Shown here: in pieces, positions 40,327 to 53,699 of the stretch | Layout of the letters: each line of letters begins with the position of its first letter | Position numbering within the stretch: the first letter of the stretch is position 1 | Assembly (NCBI GenBank): GCA_002189035.1 | Contig: NEEC01000012.1 | Coordinates: 1,612,001-1,676,000, forward strand | Direction of reading: 5' to 3' | DNA length: 64,000 bases | Origin: Utricularia gibba | Taxonomy: Eukaryota; Plantae; Magnoliophyta | Translations under genes and position numbers: made by a program | The notes under the pieces: model-generated | The model's database searches: none | What the model was told of the DNA's origin: nothing | The model's input: the letters and a program-made list of their open reading frames with translations, nothing else

Positions 40327-41503
40327 TATCAGCTATTTATTTTATTGTTATGTTAATTTATCAAAATAAAAAAAATTTAATAAAAAAATTAAATATTCAT
40401 AAAAAAAAACTTGATATTCTATATCAGCTATTTATTTTATTGTCATGTTAGTTTCTCAAAATAAAATATTTGTTAATAAAAAATAAAATATTTATAAAAA
40501 ACAAATAAAAATTAAAATGACAACCGATGAACGATGATCATCAGACTTTGAATAACATACAACTATGATAATTGATGGGTGATAATCGAACATTCAAGAT
40601 GAAGATCAACAATAAAATGAAAAAAATCGAATTAATAGATTAGGATTGTAATTTGTTGATTAAATAAATAAACATTTTTTATTCAAATTAATAATTAAAA
40701 ATATTAAAATTAAAAAAAAACAAAAAAAACAACGCATGTTGAACGTGGTATAGATTTAGCAAACCTGCACACTTGGTGCGTAGAAATAATCGATTCCAAC
40801 GAATTGATGATTTCCAGTAAAGAAAATAGAATACATATTTATTTTTGTTTTATATTTTCCTTGACAATTTGTTGAAAATATCAATAAATAATTTATTTAA
40901 TTATCATTTGTTGGGAAGAAAGAAATTTTTTTATAATAATCTAGTAATTTAAAAATTTACAAGAAATGAAGAAAAAAATATAAAGACAGGTTTATGGAGA
41001 GAAGCAACCTAGTCAAACAAAGTCTATTAAGTTCTTGCTATTCCGTACCATCTTCATCACATCATCATAATAAATCTTTTTTGAATACCTCAATTTTTGT
41101 GATTTTTTTTCAAATCACCAACTTATTCTTTTTTCTTACTGATTCAGAAATCCATAAATTATTTAATATTACGGAAAAACCTTTTAAAAAAACTTGCAAA
41201 TAGAATTATTCATTTTTTTTTAAAATATCATAATTAAAAATGCCAAATCTTGGCTCGTTGACTTACTTATTTTTGTTGGAAATCCAATAATATTTAATTT
41301 CTTCATTATTCTGATTTGGTCATTGCTTATCCTACTTTGTCCAAGTCACCTTTTCAAAATATTATTTTTTAATTACTATAAATAATATGTTTTTTTCAAT
41401 CAATATAATTTACAACATATATATTTTTTAGAGTTTTAAAAAATAAAAATGATTGGGAATTGTATATAAACACGTCTCCCATCTCTTCGTCTTCTACATC
41501 CAA

Positions 41504-43225
41504 ATGAAAACGTGCGTTTTCGCGTTGATCGCTCTGTGTCTTCTATCCCCGTCGGATGCCAGAATCGCGAGAACTGAGTGCGATTTCTCTCAGGGAAACT
41601 GGGTTCGTGATGATTCCTATCCTCTATACTTATCATCGCAGTGCCCCTTCATCTTAACGGAGTTTGATTGCCGGAAAAACGGCCGCCCGGACGATGATTA
41701 CACCAAGTTCCGATGGCAGCCCCACGGCTGCGAGTTGCCGAGGTAACCTCCTGTTCGATTGTTTTTTTTTTCTTCAACTTTTAGTGTTCTTATCTTCCTC
41801 TCTTTTTGTCTTTTCCCACTAATCTCCTTTATGTTATCTTTTTGTTTTTTAAAGATAAGATGAGAATATTCAGATTTCTTATTCTTATTATATACTTTTT
41901 TCATATTAGAATTAATCAGCACTCTAATAATTCTATAAATTCTAATTATCAAAATAAAAATGATTGTAAATCTAATTCTAGGAATATGATAAGAAAAATT
42001 CATTCTTATTCTATAATCATTTGAAAAATTAATTTAAATGATTAATAATTTTTTAAGAGTATTGAATGATTCAAAATATTGAGGTTAGAGGTGGACGTGG
42101 GAGATGATGGGACTTGGACACAGGAGAGGTTGAAAGGCCACTTTGTTCATGTATTGTTTGTCACTCAAAGGAGACGACGACATCTTAACCACTGCCACGA
42201 ACTCCTTGTGATGTGATCTGCTCCTGCTGACATCCTGAGCTGCAGGTTCGACGCTCATGGCTTCATGGAGAAACTAAGAGGGAAGAGGCTCATCTTCGTT
42301 GGAGATTCTCTGAGTTCAAATCAATGGCAGTCGCTCGCTTGCCTGCTTCACGTAGCCTTTCCCCATGCAATCTACGCCCTTCAGACCATCAACGGCCTGT
42401 CCACCTTCACCTTCCCTGTAAGTGGTGTGTTTTGATGTTCATTCATTCATTCATTCCGACCATTTATACGTGTTGGGCTGCAGGAGTACGGAGTCTCGCT
42501 TCTGTTCCTGAGGAACGCGTTTCTGGTGGACATAGTGGAGGAGCCGGCGGGTCGTGTTTTGAAGCTGGAGTCGATCAGTTCGAGCCGGGTTTGGGGGGGA
42601 ATGGACGTCATGATCTTCGACTCGTGGCACTGGTGGCTGCACTCCGGCAGAAAGCAACCGTGAGCATTCATTCAACTTGGTGGCAGAGTAAAACAAAACA
42701 CAAAACATCTCTCTCAACTTTTTTGGTGGCAGATGGGAATGGGTGGTGGAGGGGAAGAGGATCGTGAGAGACATGGATCGCTTAGTTGCGTATGAAAGAG
42801 CACTCAAGACCTGGGCGAATTGGATAGACTCCAACGTGGACACGACTAAGACTCAAGTCTTCTTCCAGGGCGTCTCCCCTGACCACGACGGGTATCCAAT
42901 TCCCACTTCCAAAATGAGAATCATGCGCAGAATCATATGCGTAACTGGTTGCAGGGGGCTGTGGGAGACGTGCGCCGGCAAGTGGAGGCCGACGGGACCG
43001 GGAACCGGAAGCCGGCACCCGGGGGAGGTTTTGCTGGAGAGAGTGCTGGCGGCGATGGAGAAACCAGTCCATCTGCTCAACATCACGGCGATGTCGCAGA
43101 TGAGAATCGACGGCCACCCTTCGTTCTACGGCTCGAGGAGCCATCGGGGGATGGACTGCACACACTGGTGCCTCAGTGGGGTGCCTGATACCTGGAATCA
43201 GTATTTGTATGCTCTGCTCAATTAG
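41504..43225 (+). CDS. TBL: Trichome birefringence-like (TBL/DUF231) polysaccharide O-acetyltransferase, TBL41-43-type
   Basis: Exons 41504-41742, 42246-42417, 42484-42659, 42733-42891, 42955-43225. CDFSQGNWVRDDSYPLY, FDCRKNGRPD, FVGDSL, FDSWHWW, and DCTHWCLSGVPDTWN (GDS and DxxH catalytic motifs). Confidence 0.93.
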
Positions 43226-44639
43226 GCCACGCAATATTGGCTACAAGTTGTGTATTCTCTCTCAATTAGCCATGATGAAGTGGATACACCACAGTTGGAT
43301 TACCAAATACTAATTTCTATTTTTAATATGTATTTTTTCCAGCCAGAGATTAAATTAGAGTATAAAATTGAATTTGGATATAAAGATCCATTTTAATATA
43401 ATAATTAAAAATTATTTAGGTAACATTGTTTGTTTGCCAAAATAATAGAGATTAAAAATATCAAATTTTAAAATATTAAGAATTTTATCCAATTTCCATA
43501 TAACGAGAATCTATATTAACCATATAATGGCAGTTTTTTTTTTAAATTTTATGAACTTGCGGTGGGTGGCATTGGGTTTTTTTTTTATAATTTCAAAATT
43601 AAAATATGGTATATAATTTTACTTTTCTATATTTTCATTTTCATGTCAAATCTTATGCAGTGCCATAATTTAGGGCTTTTATCTTATCTCAATTTATTGA
43701 ATTAATTCTATTTAATTTAAAATGTACAAATTGCATTTTTTATTCAGAAAATTATAAATTCATATTCTATGATTAATTTTAAAAATTGTTGAATTTTTAT
43801 TTCATTTATAAAATAAAAATACATTTATATTTTTATTTGAACTATTAAATTTCATAATATAGTTTATGTTATATCGTAAAATAATTTTATAATCACAATA
43901 TTTATTTTATTAATCAAAACTAATTTTATTATAGAATAACAATGCCATTGATTCACATGCGATTTTCGGGGCTCATCTTTATCTTGCTGGTTAAGAGTTT
44001 CAATTTAACTAGTCTCCATGTGTTTAAAAGAGAGGCATTTTATGCATTATGTAGGCATAGCAAAAGAGTGAGTATTCAATGACTCAATTTAGTACATGAC
44101 TTCGCATTTGAGAAGCCACAAGATCCATTATCATAGGAGATCAAACCATGATATGAACTAGTTGTTAATTAGGGGGAAGTAGTGATTTTCACAAGTTTTC
44201 TCCAACATTATTCATAACCAAGCCTCATTGAAGATGTTCATGTTGGGTATGCAAAAAGTTTTAGTATTCATTGTAAGTGGAGTCAAAGATCACATAGTTT
44301 CAAGATGTTTGTTGTAAATCATTAGCTTTTTTTTGATCTCATGATGGTTGATGCAAATGAACAATTTTATAGAAGAGGTTGGCAATCCAAACATCAAGTT
44401 GAATGAAAAGAGTTTTGATTCCACTATTTTTTTATGATAGAATTGTACAAAGTGCAACAAATAAATTGATATTCAAAAATTCTAAATAATTCTATTGATA
44501 TTCTTTCCTAACTATATACATACTTACTAACTAGGTTTCATATTGTCAATGTCCGAGAAGCTGCTACGATATTTACTCTTACTTAGAGCTCAAAGCCAAT
44601 CAAGTATCCAAAAATTAGACCCCTGAAAACACACATAAA

Positions 44640-47600
44640 GGAATCACCAAGGAGGTAAATATTCATAACTATCAAAAAATGGTTGAAGCTCTCTTATACT
44701 TTAGTTCCACAAGACCGGATATTACTTTTACAGTAACATTTCTTTTTAAAGTATAACATTTCTTTTTATGGCAACATTTCTTTTTAGGATTATGCTTAAA
44801 CTTGTAAATTTACATCTTCAAATTACTAAACAAATTTTTAGATATTTAAAGTCTACAAAATCATTGGACCTATACTTTAGAGAAACACTAAACTTTATCT
44901 TTAAAGATTTGTTTACTCAGACTTTGTAGTGAAAGAGGTTCTATCGCTTCCAAGCTTGAAACCTTGAAGATTGGATACGATATAGAACTACAAGTTTGAG
45001 ATTTTAGCACTTGCAAATTGAGGAGTCAAATGTAATGCTAAAAAGACAGGTTTATATATAGATTGTACATATTTTATAGACCAGTTCCAACAACTAGAAA
45101 AATAACCATTGGTTTGTCTATTTGTGTTTTCTAATGGGCTTCAATGAGGGCTGAAGTTTTTTACTTATGTTGTCATCCGTTAAGTTAGGCCTTGCAGTAT
45201 GAGACTTGTCCTTTGTACCCATTTCCTCTTCTATGTGTGACTTTTGTTTTCCCAGAATCCTTACTTCTCATTTGTAATCCCTTCGTCTTGGATCTATTCA
45301 GTCAAATGCATCCTCTTCAATTCATCATCACTCAATACTCCACCTTGATGTATTCATTCTAGTACACTTGGATCCTTATAGATTGATTCCCACTCATAGA
45401 GCCCCAATTTCCTTCTCAGGTAGTAAAAACCCTTTGGGAATAGTAATTTCATGTGGGGATCAAAAATATGTTCTTCTGAAGCAATATACTACACGTTAAT
45501 TAAATTGTCTTACACATAATTCCGTAGAACATGGTATTTGATACTGATGTGCTTGCTTCTTCCAAAGTATACTAGGTTTTTTGTCATACATATAATCGAT
45601 TAGTTGTATATCTTGAGAGTTATTGGACTTGCTACTTCTATTTTCAGATCTTTCAAAAGTTTTAGAATTCATACTACATGATTAGCAGCAACAATCACAA
45701 TCATATATTCAGCCTCTGCAAAAGATTGAGCTACTACTTTCTGTTTCTAACGATTCCAAGTAAAGGCAATTCCTACAAGTAAGAAGATGTACCCGATAGT
45801 GAATTTGCAATCACCTATATCCCCAGCATAGTCACTATCCACATATTCTTTTACTATTAGGTTTGAATGTTTCTTAAACACAAGTTTATAGTTCACATTA
45901 CACTGTACATAATTCAATACTCTTTTTGCAGCCTCAAAATGATTCCGATGGGGATCAGTCATGAAACTTGAGAGTAATCCTATAGGAAATACAATATATG
46001 ACTGTGATGTAGATAAGTACATTAAGCATCTAATTAGACTTCTCTATTTTTTTTTTCATTTGTGAAATTTTCAAGATCACTAATAACGCCTTTAGGATCC
46101 ACTATAATTGCCACTAGTTTGGCATAAGGAGAAATAGGCACCGAGGCATGCTTTCTTTTCTAGAATTTATACTTTTTCACTAGGTCTCTTGCCTATTTAG
46201 TCTATACTAGGGATATAAATTCCTCTATCTGTATAATCTCCAAGCCCAAAAAATAGTGCATTGGTCCTAAGTCCGTCATTTCAAATTTCTTTTTCAACAA
46301 ACCTTTCTTTTCTTCAATCTGCTCTATATTGCTTCTAGTTATGAGTATACCATCCAATTAAAGCGAAATGATCACTTGATCATGTTTATTGCAATTTAGA
46401 ATGTACAATATTGTATCATTTGCACTCTTCATATACCCTTGTTGCAGGAAATAATTATCAATCTTGTTGTACCAATCACAATGAGCTTGCTTAAGACTAT
46501 ATAGAGCTTTGTGTAGAAGGTTAACTTTATCCTCTTCTCATTGAAGTATAAAGCCTAGAGGTTGTTCTAAGTATATATCCTCATTTAGGTGATGGACGTT
46601 CCATCGCATACATGCTAAGATTCATATTAATAGTTTTAAAGTATCCAATCTAGCTATTGGAGTAAACGTCTCATCGTAATCAACCCCCTTTTTTGAGAAA
46701 ATCCTTGAGCAACCAATCTGGATTTTTTCTTATTTTCTGATCCATCAACATTTAACTTTAGTTTATGTATCCATCTTAATCCAATCACCTTCTTATTTGT
46801 AGGCCTATCAACTACAATCCAAGTATTATTTTTTTCTATAGTCTCAATCTCAAGGATCATTGCTTTCTTTCAATTTGAATGATTGAGAGTACTAGAGAGA
46901 ATATGAGGTTCAGCTGAAACTAATACCTTTTCCAAGATTTCATTTCAATTTCTATACCTTTAGATAATAGGTTCATCTTTAGAGTTTGAGAAAACCCATC
47001 CCAAAGCTCGTGTTCATTTTTATTTCCATCATGATATTCTAAATCCTCGAGTTCTGATATCTCTAGTTGTTGTTCTGTTTCTCTTGTATCACTAATACTT
47101 CTATGCACTGAATTTTCAACTTGGCAGTCAATTTTATCACTGTTAGTAGGAATCGAGTTGTTTTTATAGTTGGTTTCAATCAAAGGATCCTCATCTCCAA
47201 GGAGAATGTTAGTTTGTCCATTATTTTCTATTGTGATATTCTCAATTGTCCTTTCCTATTTAGTATTGATTGTGCAATCAATGACAATACCAAGTTGTGT
47301 CATTTCTTCTCTTTCAAGTTATTGTTGTTCAAAATTGTATAGTTGATCGATGCCTCCAACATCACTGTTATATGTATCAAGATTGATATTAGGAGAAGGT
47401 AAGCACTGCATCATTTGGTACATGTAGCTATTGTTAGTCTCATTAGAGTTTATTTCTTGGTTTCCCAATTCCATTTTCCAAGTTCATCAAATGATACATC
47501 CCTATTGATGACAATTCTTTAAGAGTCTATATCTAACACCCTATATCCTTTTGTCACATCATTATACTCCATGAACACTCCAATTTTAGCTTTCTTGTCT

Positions 47601-50600
47601 ACTTTACTCCTCTTCTCTTTTGACACATGCACATAGCAGATGGAGACAAAAATTCTGAAATGGTGGATATTAGGTTTTCTATTCCAAAATAACTCATATG
47701 GAGTTTTGAGCTCTCCTGTTTCAGTTGTAGATGGCCTATTCAGTATGTAAACTGCAGCATTCACTGCTTTAGCCCAATATGTAAAGGATATTCCCTTTTC
47801 AAATAGCATATACCTTGCCATCTCTGTTATAGTTCTATTTCATTTCTCACTAACACCATTCTGTTGTGTAGTATAAGGAGTAGTAAATTGATGAATAATG
47901 CCTTGTAGATCACATATGTTTGCCAGCTCCCTAGGTGTGCATTCTCCTCTATTATCTATTCAAATTTTCTTAATTTTTTTCCCACATTGATTTTCTATTT
48001 GAGCTTTAAATATTTTGAACATGTATAGCACTTCAGATCTACATTTCAAGAAAAACACTCAGCAAACTTAGTAAAATCATCAACAAATATGAGGTAATAC
48101 CTATTTCCTCTTGTAGTAATTGTACTCATAGATCCACATACACTACTATAGACAAGTTCTTACTTTCCAAGTGCCTTTTGGAACAAGTAACCGAGTAATT
48201 TTTCCTAGTTGATAGCTTGAGTACACATCATGACTTGATGTCAATTCAGATAAGTTGTTCACTAATTGATTTTTTTGAACTTTGTTAAGAGAATTAAAGT
48301 TGTGGTGTCTGCAATGTTTATGCCACAGGTTTTCCATGTCCTTGGCAGATAGACAAATATCCAAGTTGAGATTGGAGAACTCCATGGGTTTTAATGGAAA
48401 TATCCAATTTTTCATTGAAACTAACAACAGTAATTTTCCAGTGGCATTGGAAATCCTACACTCATCATGAAAGAATGCTATGGTGATCCCTTTACTCATC
48501 AATTGACCAACACTTATCAAATTATGTGATGCTTTTGATAAATAGGTGTACTTTATGTCTAAATATTTGTTTGTTAGCTCAAGCCTTGCTGTTCCTATCC
48601 CATCCACTCTAATCACGTTCCCATCTGTGATTTATATATTTTTTTGCAAACAAGGGTCCATATGAGATGATGGTGAAATCATTTGTAAGATGATTACTAT
48701 TACTACTATCAACCGGTCAAGTTTGATTCCCATTAAATCTAGTAGTTGTAGCTAGAACTTTATCTTTCCGTAGTAAGTAAAGGTCAAACACTTCCTTTCC
48801 ATTAATAATGTTTGAAGGAGTTACAACAATTATAATTTTAGCAGAATCGAAGACAAAGATGCCCCTTTTGTACTTGGTTGTCCCATTTTGCTCATCTTCT
48901 TTTCTTCCATTGCATACTTGCTAAATGTAACCCTTTTCTTGACAATAATTGAAAATCTTGTGAGGGCGATAAAAGCAGTTCGTGGGTAGCTGGTTTTTCT
49001 ATTTGTAGTAAGGAGACAATTGAAAGTGTCCCTTCTTTTCTTTATTATGGCTTTGCATAGCTGATCCAGTCGGCATAGTGTTAAAGGCTCCGTAACTTCT
49101 TGTAATTGATATCTTTTCTCTCTTATTTCTTCATCCCACCAGTTGAGGCAATGGCTACAATAATAGAGTTGAAGGATCTAGGTAGAATTCCAACAATTTT
49201 TTCTTTCACTCTCCTATCATCCATAGCTTCTCCAAGTGCCTTAAATTTTTTGATAGCAGGTAGTAGAGTGTCCTTGAAAGTGGTTCTAGAGGTTCTAGAA
49301 TCTAATTTCAAGTCATCTATAACCCTCCAAAGGTTGGTGACCTTCATTTCCTTCCTTTCATATGTGATTGAAAACTCTTATGCAAGTGAATCCCAAACTT
49401 TCTTTGAGGAGGAGCACTAGATAATGTAGTTGTAAACCTCCCCTACAAATGCTGCATCGAGAACACTTCTCGCTAAAAGGGACCAGTCGTTCCATTTCTC
49501 TGAGGCCTTGACATCCGCATCAGTAAACTTAAGTGTGTCTAAAAAGACATCCCAAAGTTTCAACGTCTTGATGTGATTTGTCATTTTTACAACCCAAATC
49601 ATGTAGTTTTTTCCATTGAAAACAGGAGATAATGAGTTGGTTGACGCCATGATATTGATCTACTATTTGCAGAAATCTGGTGAGTAAAAACAAGTAGAAG
49701 TGACCTGAACAAGCTTGCCCTCTTGGGATTTTTAGTATCCCATAGTTGTCACCATGAAAAAGGTTCTATAGCTTCCAAACTTGAAGTCTTAAAGATTCGT
49801 TACTATCTAGAACCACAAGTTTGAGATTTGAGTGCTTGCAAATTGAGTAGCTAAATGTATATTGCTAAAAAGGCAGGTTTATATAGATTGTACATATTTT
49901 ATAAACCAATTCCACGATTAGAAAAATAACTGGTTGTTTGTTTATTTGTGTTTTCTAATGAGCTTCAATGAGGGTTGAAGCCTTTTACTTATGATTGATA
50001 TGTTGGGTTGGGCGTTGTAGTATGAGACTTGTCCTTTGGACCTACTTTCTTTTCTATGTTGCTTTTTGCTTTCCTAGAATCCCTACTTCTCATTTGTAAT
50101 CCCTTCGTCTTGGATCTATTTATTTGAAGATGCAGCTTCAATTCCTCATCACTCAACACGCAATTGATGACTGTGTTCTCAAATCCACTACTAGTTATCT
50201 GTTTACCCTAGATCTGTGACCTTTGTGTGGAATTGCAAAAAGCAAGATTTGATCGCTCAATCTTTAGCCGAGATGGAATATGTTGTTGGAGCCTCAACAA
50301 CCAATCATGCCTAATGATTGATAAACTTATGAGAGTTCCTATGAATTAAAATATAGCAACCTCACATATTGAAGATCAATAACAAATCACAATTAATATT
50401 GCACAGAATCCAATCATGTTCATAAAGACAAAGCACATCAGGATCAAATCTCATATTCTGAGAGATTATATGAAAGAAGAAAACCTAAAGTTATAATTTC
50501 TATCATCGAGCATCAAGCGGTAGATATCTTAACAAAGTCATTATTCACGAAGCATTTCTCTAAAATCAGGGAATTACTAGGTTTGCAAAGAAACCCAATT

Positions 50601-51130
50601 GAGTCTATAATCTTATTTCAGTCACATCCTCAGGGAGGAATGAAGGTGTAAGGTGATGTGTCTGATACAAATCTAAAACAGCAATAGGATTTTTAATAAA
50701 CAATTTTTGAGATTGATGTACTAGGTTGTGTTATGTGGCCAGGTTGAATCAAGGAAGAAAAAAAGAAGTACAAAGTAGTTGGGTATTAGATCTCAATTAA
50801 CTTAAATGGATCGATAAAAATAAATACACAAACCCACATGATATCAAACAATCCAATGTAAAATTTACTGAAAGAATACCTAAGCCACAACTAAATAAGA
50901 GACAACAGCTAATTCTGATTTTAGGGCTAACGGTCATATAAATCTCTTTCTATAAATACTTGTGATGTTCACTTATCAAATAAGAAAAATCTCTTGCCAC
51001 CATATCAATGATCCATATCTCATATTCTAAAGTCTCTCATATCAATACCTCAAAAACACTTTCATTGATTTGCTTGCTAAATGGTAACATCTTCCAAGTG
51101 AAGTTCTAACTGATCCACAAACCTCTTCCA
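44640..51130 (+). mobile_element. Plus-strand Copia RT/RNase H remnant (host), split by a nested element, with PPT and probable 3' LTR from about 50641
   Basis: YQKMVEALLY...TRPDI to the left. The empty site reads SDFAIDDCVLKSTTSY, then KKQDLIAQSLAEMEY to the right. PPT CAGGGAGGAA near 50630 and CTATAAATA near 50950. Outer limits are approximate. Confidence 0.65.
44930..50158 (-). mobile_element. Near full-length, decayed Ty1/Copia retrotransposon nested in opposite orientation
   Basis: LTRs at 44930-45337 and 49755-50158 (about 405 bp, clearly homologous). PBS-like TGGTGAC and PPT AAGGTGGAG on the minus strand. gag (FNGKNYMIWVVKM), integrase (ARYMLFEKG...YWAKAVNAAVY) and RT (IEKNNTWIVVDRP, SRLVAQGFSQ) fragments with stops. 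Degenerate TSD TGTAG/CGCAA. Confidence 0.9.
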
Positions 51131-51965
51131 ATCCTCTGTGTTCTTACGCTACGAGGATGGTCAACAATGAGAGCGCTTGCAGCGTTTACAACTTTTCTGT
51201 AACTTTCCAAACCTCAATGTTGCAAGATAGGGTATGCCATTGTTCTTTGAGCACTAAAATGTCATCACTCTCTTGTGTTGTACGTAACATGGTTAATGAT
51301 TTTCTTACAGAAAGTCCGACATTTTCTGAAGCCTCGTCTCCTTTTGATCGAAGAAACGGAGACAAGAACCATAATGACTTGTGACAAGAGAAGCCCCCCT
51401 CCAACAGACTTCAGCTTACTCCGACATGCATATTCAATTCTCCCCTTGTTAATCTGCAACCGTTATTGCAAAGATCTGAAACCGTTTACGGGTATTTCCA
51501 AATTCCGAGCATAACCACCAGTAACTTTCTCCGGCCGCCAACTTTTCCGGAGAAAGTGGTTTCAATTTTTGTATCCTATTTTCAACATATGTCGTCGTCC
51601 CTCGATTTCTCACCCTCTCAGGATCCATGCACAGAGTCGGTTTGTCTTACCGCAGATTCAAACACCATGATCACGTAAACACGATTTGTCATACAATATT
51701 TATCATTGTGGTGGAGGTTGGCCTGTGAGAAGGCCATCACAGGCTTGTCGTAAAGAGTGATCAGAAGTAAGAAATTAGAGCATGACATTTCTTAGTATCC
51801 ATCACCATTGTTTTGCGGAACAATCGCATGGGAATGAAACACACGCACGCACATGAACTGATCGATCGTCTCACGTTACACGAATTGAAGGGATATTCAA
51901 AGTTGCAACTAAAAAGGCACTAAGCTGAACATCAAAATAAAAAATCTCATTCATGGTCATCCTCC

Positions 51966-52880
51966 TCAGAGTCGCCCCTCGTTCGCCATCTTGAAGATCT
52001 CAGCCTGGGCTTCGGCGGCTTCGCTGGATCCCAGAGATGAGATGAACCTTTCTCTCACCTCGCTGGTAGTGTAAGGGAACTTGGAGTGCACCATAGAGTT
52101 AAGCAGGGCGGCAGTCCCTTCCCGGTAAAGCTCTCCGAACCCGTCCGTTCGAGGGTTCGAGAGCGCCTGCATCACGTTGGGTCGGGGCCCGAAGCCTGGA
52201 ATGCTGGGGATGCCAAATACGTTGCCCAGAGTCCCTAGCCAGCCCACTATGTTCCACACCATTGATGGATGGTTCCTCCAGAAGCTGGATTTCACAATTA
52301 CAAATATGTGAGAAGGAATTCAATTTAATTCAGTTGTGTGATTCTTTTGGAAGATGAGTGAAAGCGATCTAAGATCCCAGGATACTGAGAAAATCAATTT
52401 AGGCAGTATTTGATCATCATTTCTATTACTAATATAATTCAAATCAAGTGATTCTAGGTTGGGTGATGGTGGTACTTACATGCAAGGGAAAGGTCCTGGG
52501 GAGTTTGGATCGGATACCGGAGGTGAGGGGGATATGGTAGGAGTTGTAACCGGTGGAGTATACGTCACCGGCGTTGTGATCGGCGGAGTTGAATAGGGTG
52601 GCCGGTTGTTCGAACCACCGTGTCCCTCTGATGGAGTTGGCGTCCTACCGCAGCTTACTGGTGGCGATGAGCTTCCATAGCTACCTCCCGAGCTGCGGCT
52701 TGGAGGGCTCCCGGAAGTGCCTCCTGAGCTGCGGCTGGCAGGACTCCCTTTTGGAGGATGATGGGAGTGAGGGTCTTGTGAGTAGTAGCCCTTGCTGTCT
52801 TCAAAAGTGGAGGAGGATGCAGGGGAAAAAATAAGGGAAAGAAGCAGAAGCAGCAGGAGCTTCGTTGCCTTGATCTCCAT
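51966..52880 (-). CDS. PDF1: Protodermal factor 1 (Pro/Ser/Gly-rich cell wall protein, about 239 aa)
   Basis: Exons 52880-52480 and 52284-51966. Signal peptide, Pro/Ser-rich repeats, and the conserved PDF1 C-domain FWRNHPS...VGWLGTLG...ALSNPRTDGFGELYREGTAALLNSMV...FKMANEGRL. Confidence 0.93.
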
Positions 52881-53024
52881 GGATCTTCTTCTTGAGTTTC
52901 CTGTTGAAAAAAATAAAACAGAGATTGGTGGTGAAGAAAGAGTGAGAAGGGGAGAATCAAAGGGTGGAATATAAAGAGTAAAGAGGAGACAGTGAAGTAA
53001 ATACAAGCTGGTGCTCGCTACAGG

Positions 53025-53032
53025 TGCATTTA
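53025..53032 (-). promoter_or_regulatory. L1 box (TAAATGCA) in the PDF1 proximal promoter
   Basis: Exact TAAATG(C/T)A match about 145 bp upstream of the ATG and about 50 bp upstream of a TATA-like TTTATAT (about 52969-52975). A second exact copy lies at 54199-54206. Confidence 0.75.
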
Positions 53033-53164
53033 ACATCATTAACTACCAATGCCTGTTCCTAGTTTTGGGTTTTTAAAAAAACTTGATTATGAATTATAAT
53101 CATCTCTCTTTTTTCCTTAAATGGCAGGCAAGTTTTGTTGTGTTGATTGGAGTAGATGCCCCTC

Positions 53165-53430
53165 ATCTATTGGGTAACTAGGGTTTGTCTGGAGGGGAGA
53201 GAGGATCTAACCATAGGGAGGAGATAACCTTCACCTATTGGATAACTGAACCTAGGGTTTATGAGTTTGTTTGATAAAAAGGCGATTTAGTCATAGAGAG
53301 GAAATCAACCTACCCCTATTTGGATAACCACTCAAGTTACGATTAGGGATTATGAGTTTGTTTGAAGAGACCAATAACTCGTATCACATAGAGCAGAAAC
53401 CCTACTTCAGTGGATAGACCTCAGGTTTAT
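53165..53430. repeat. Degenerate ~90-bp tandem repeat (3-4 units)
   Basis: Recurring CTATT(T)GGATAAC...TAGGG(T/A)TTATGAGTTTGTTTGA...CATAGAG units. Confidence 0.5.
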
Positions 53431-53699
53431 GGGTTAATCATCTGCTAATCCAACTACTAAGCAAGTTTTTCTCGTTAAGGTTTCATGAATTCAAAGGTTC
53501 AAACTTGTAAAGTCTCCTACTGTGCCACACTTCCTAAATCTATGCCTTGCACCTTCCAAGTTCAAAAATGTTCAGAAGTTCGGTATGCTGCATGGAGCGG
53601 GGAGTTTCATAGGAAGAGGGTGGATTTGAAACTTGAAAAGGGGAATTCAAAAGTTGGGATTTGGGATTCCATTCAGGATCTGAATTGAGTGAGCCTCCT

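Noticed and set aside
43950-44500. Possible additional gene between TBL and the Copia nest
   Set aside because: No open frame; weak minus-strand resemblance to decayed Copia gag-pol only.
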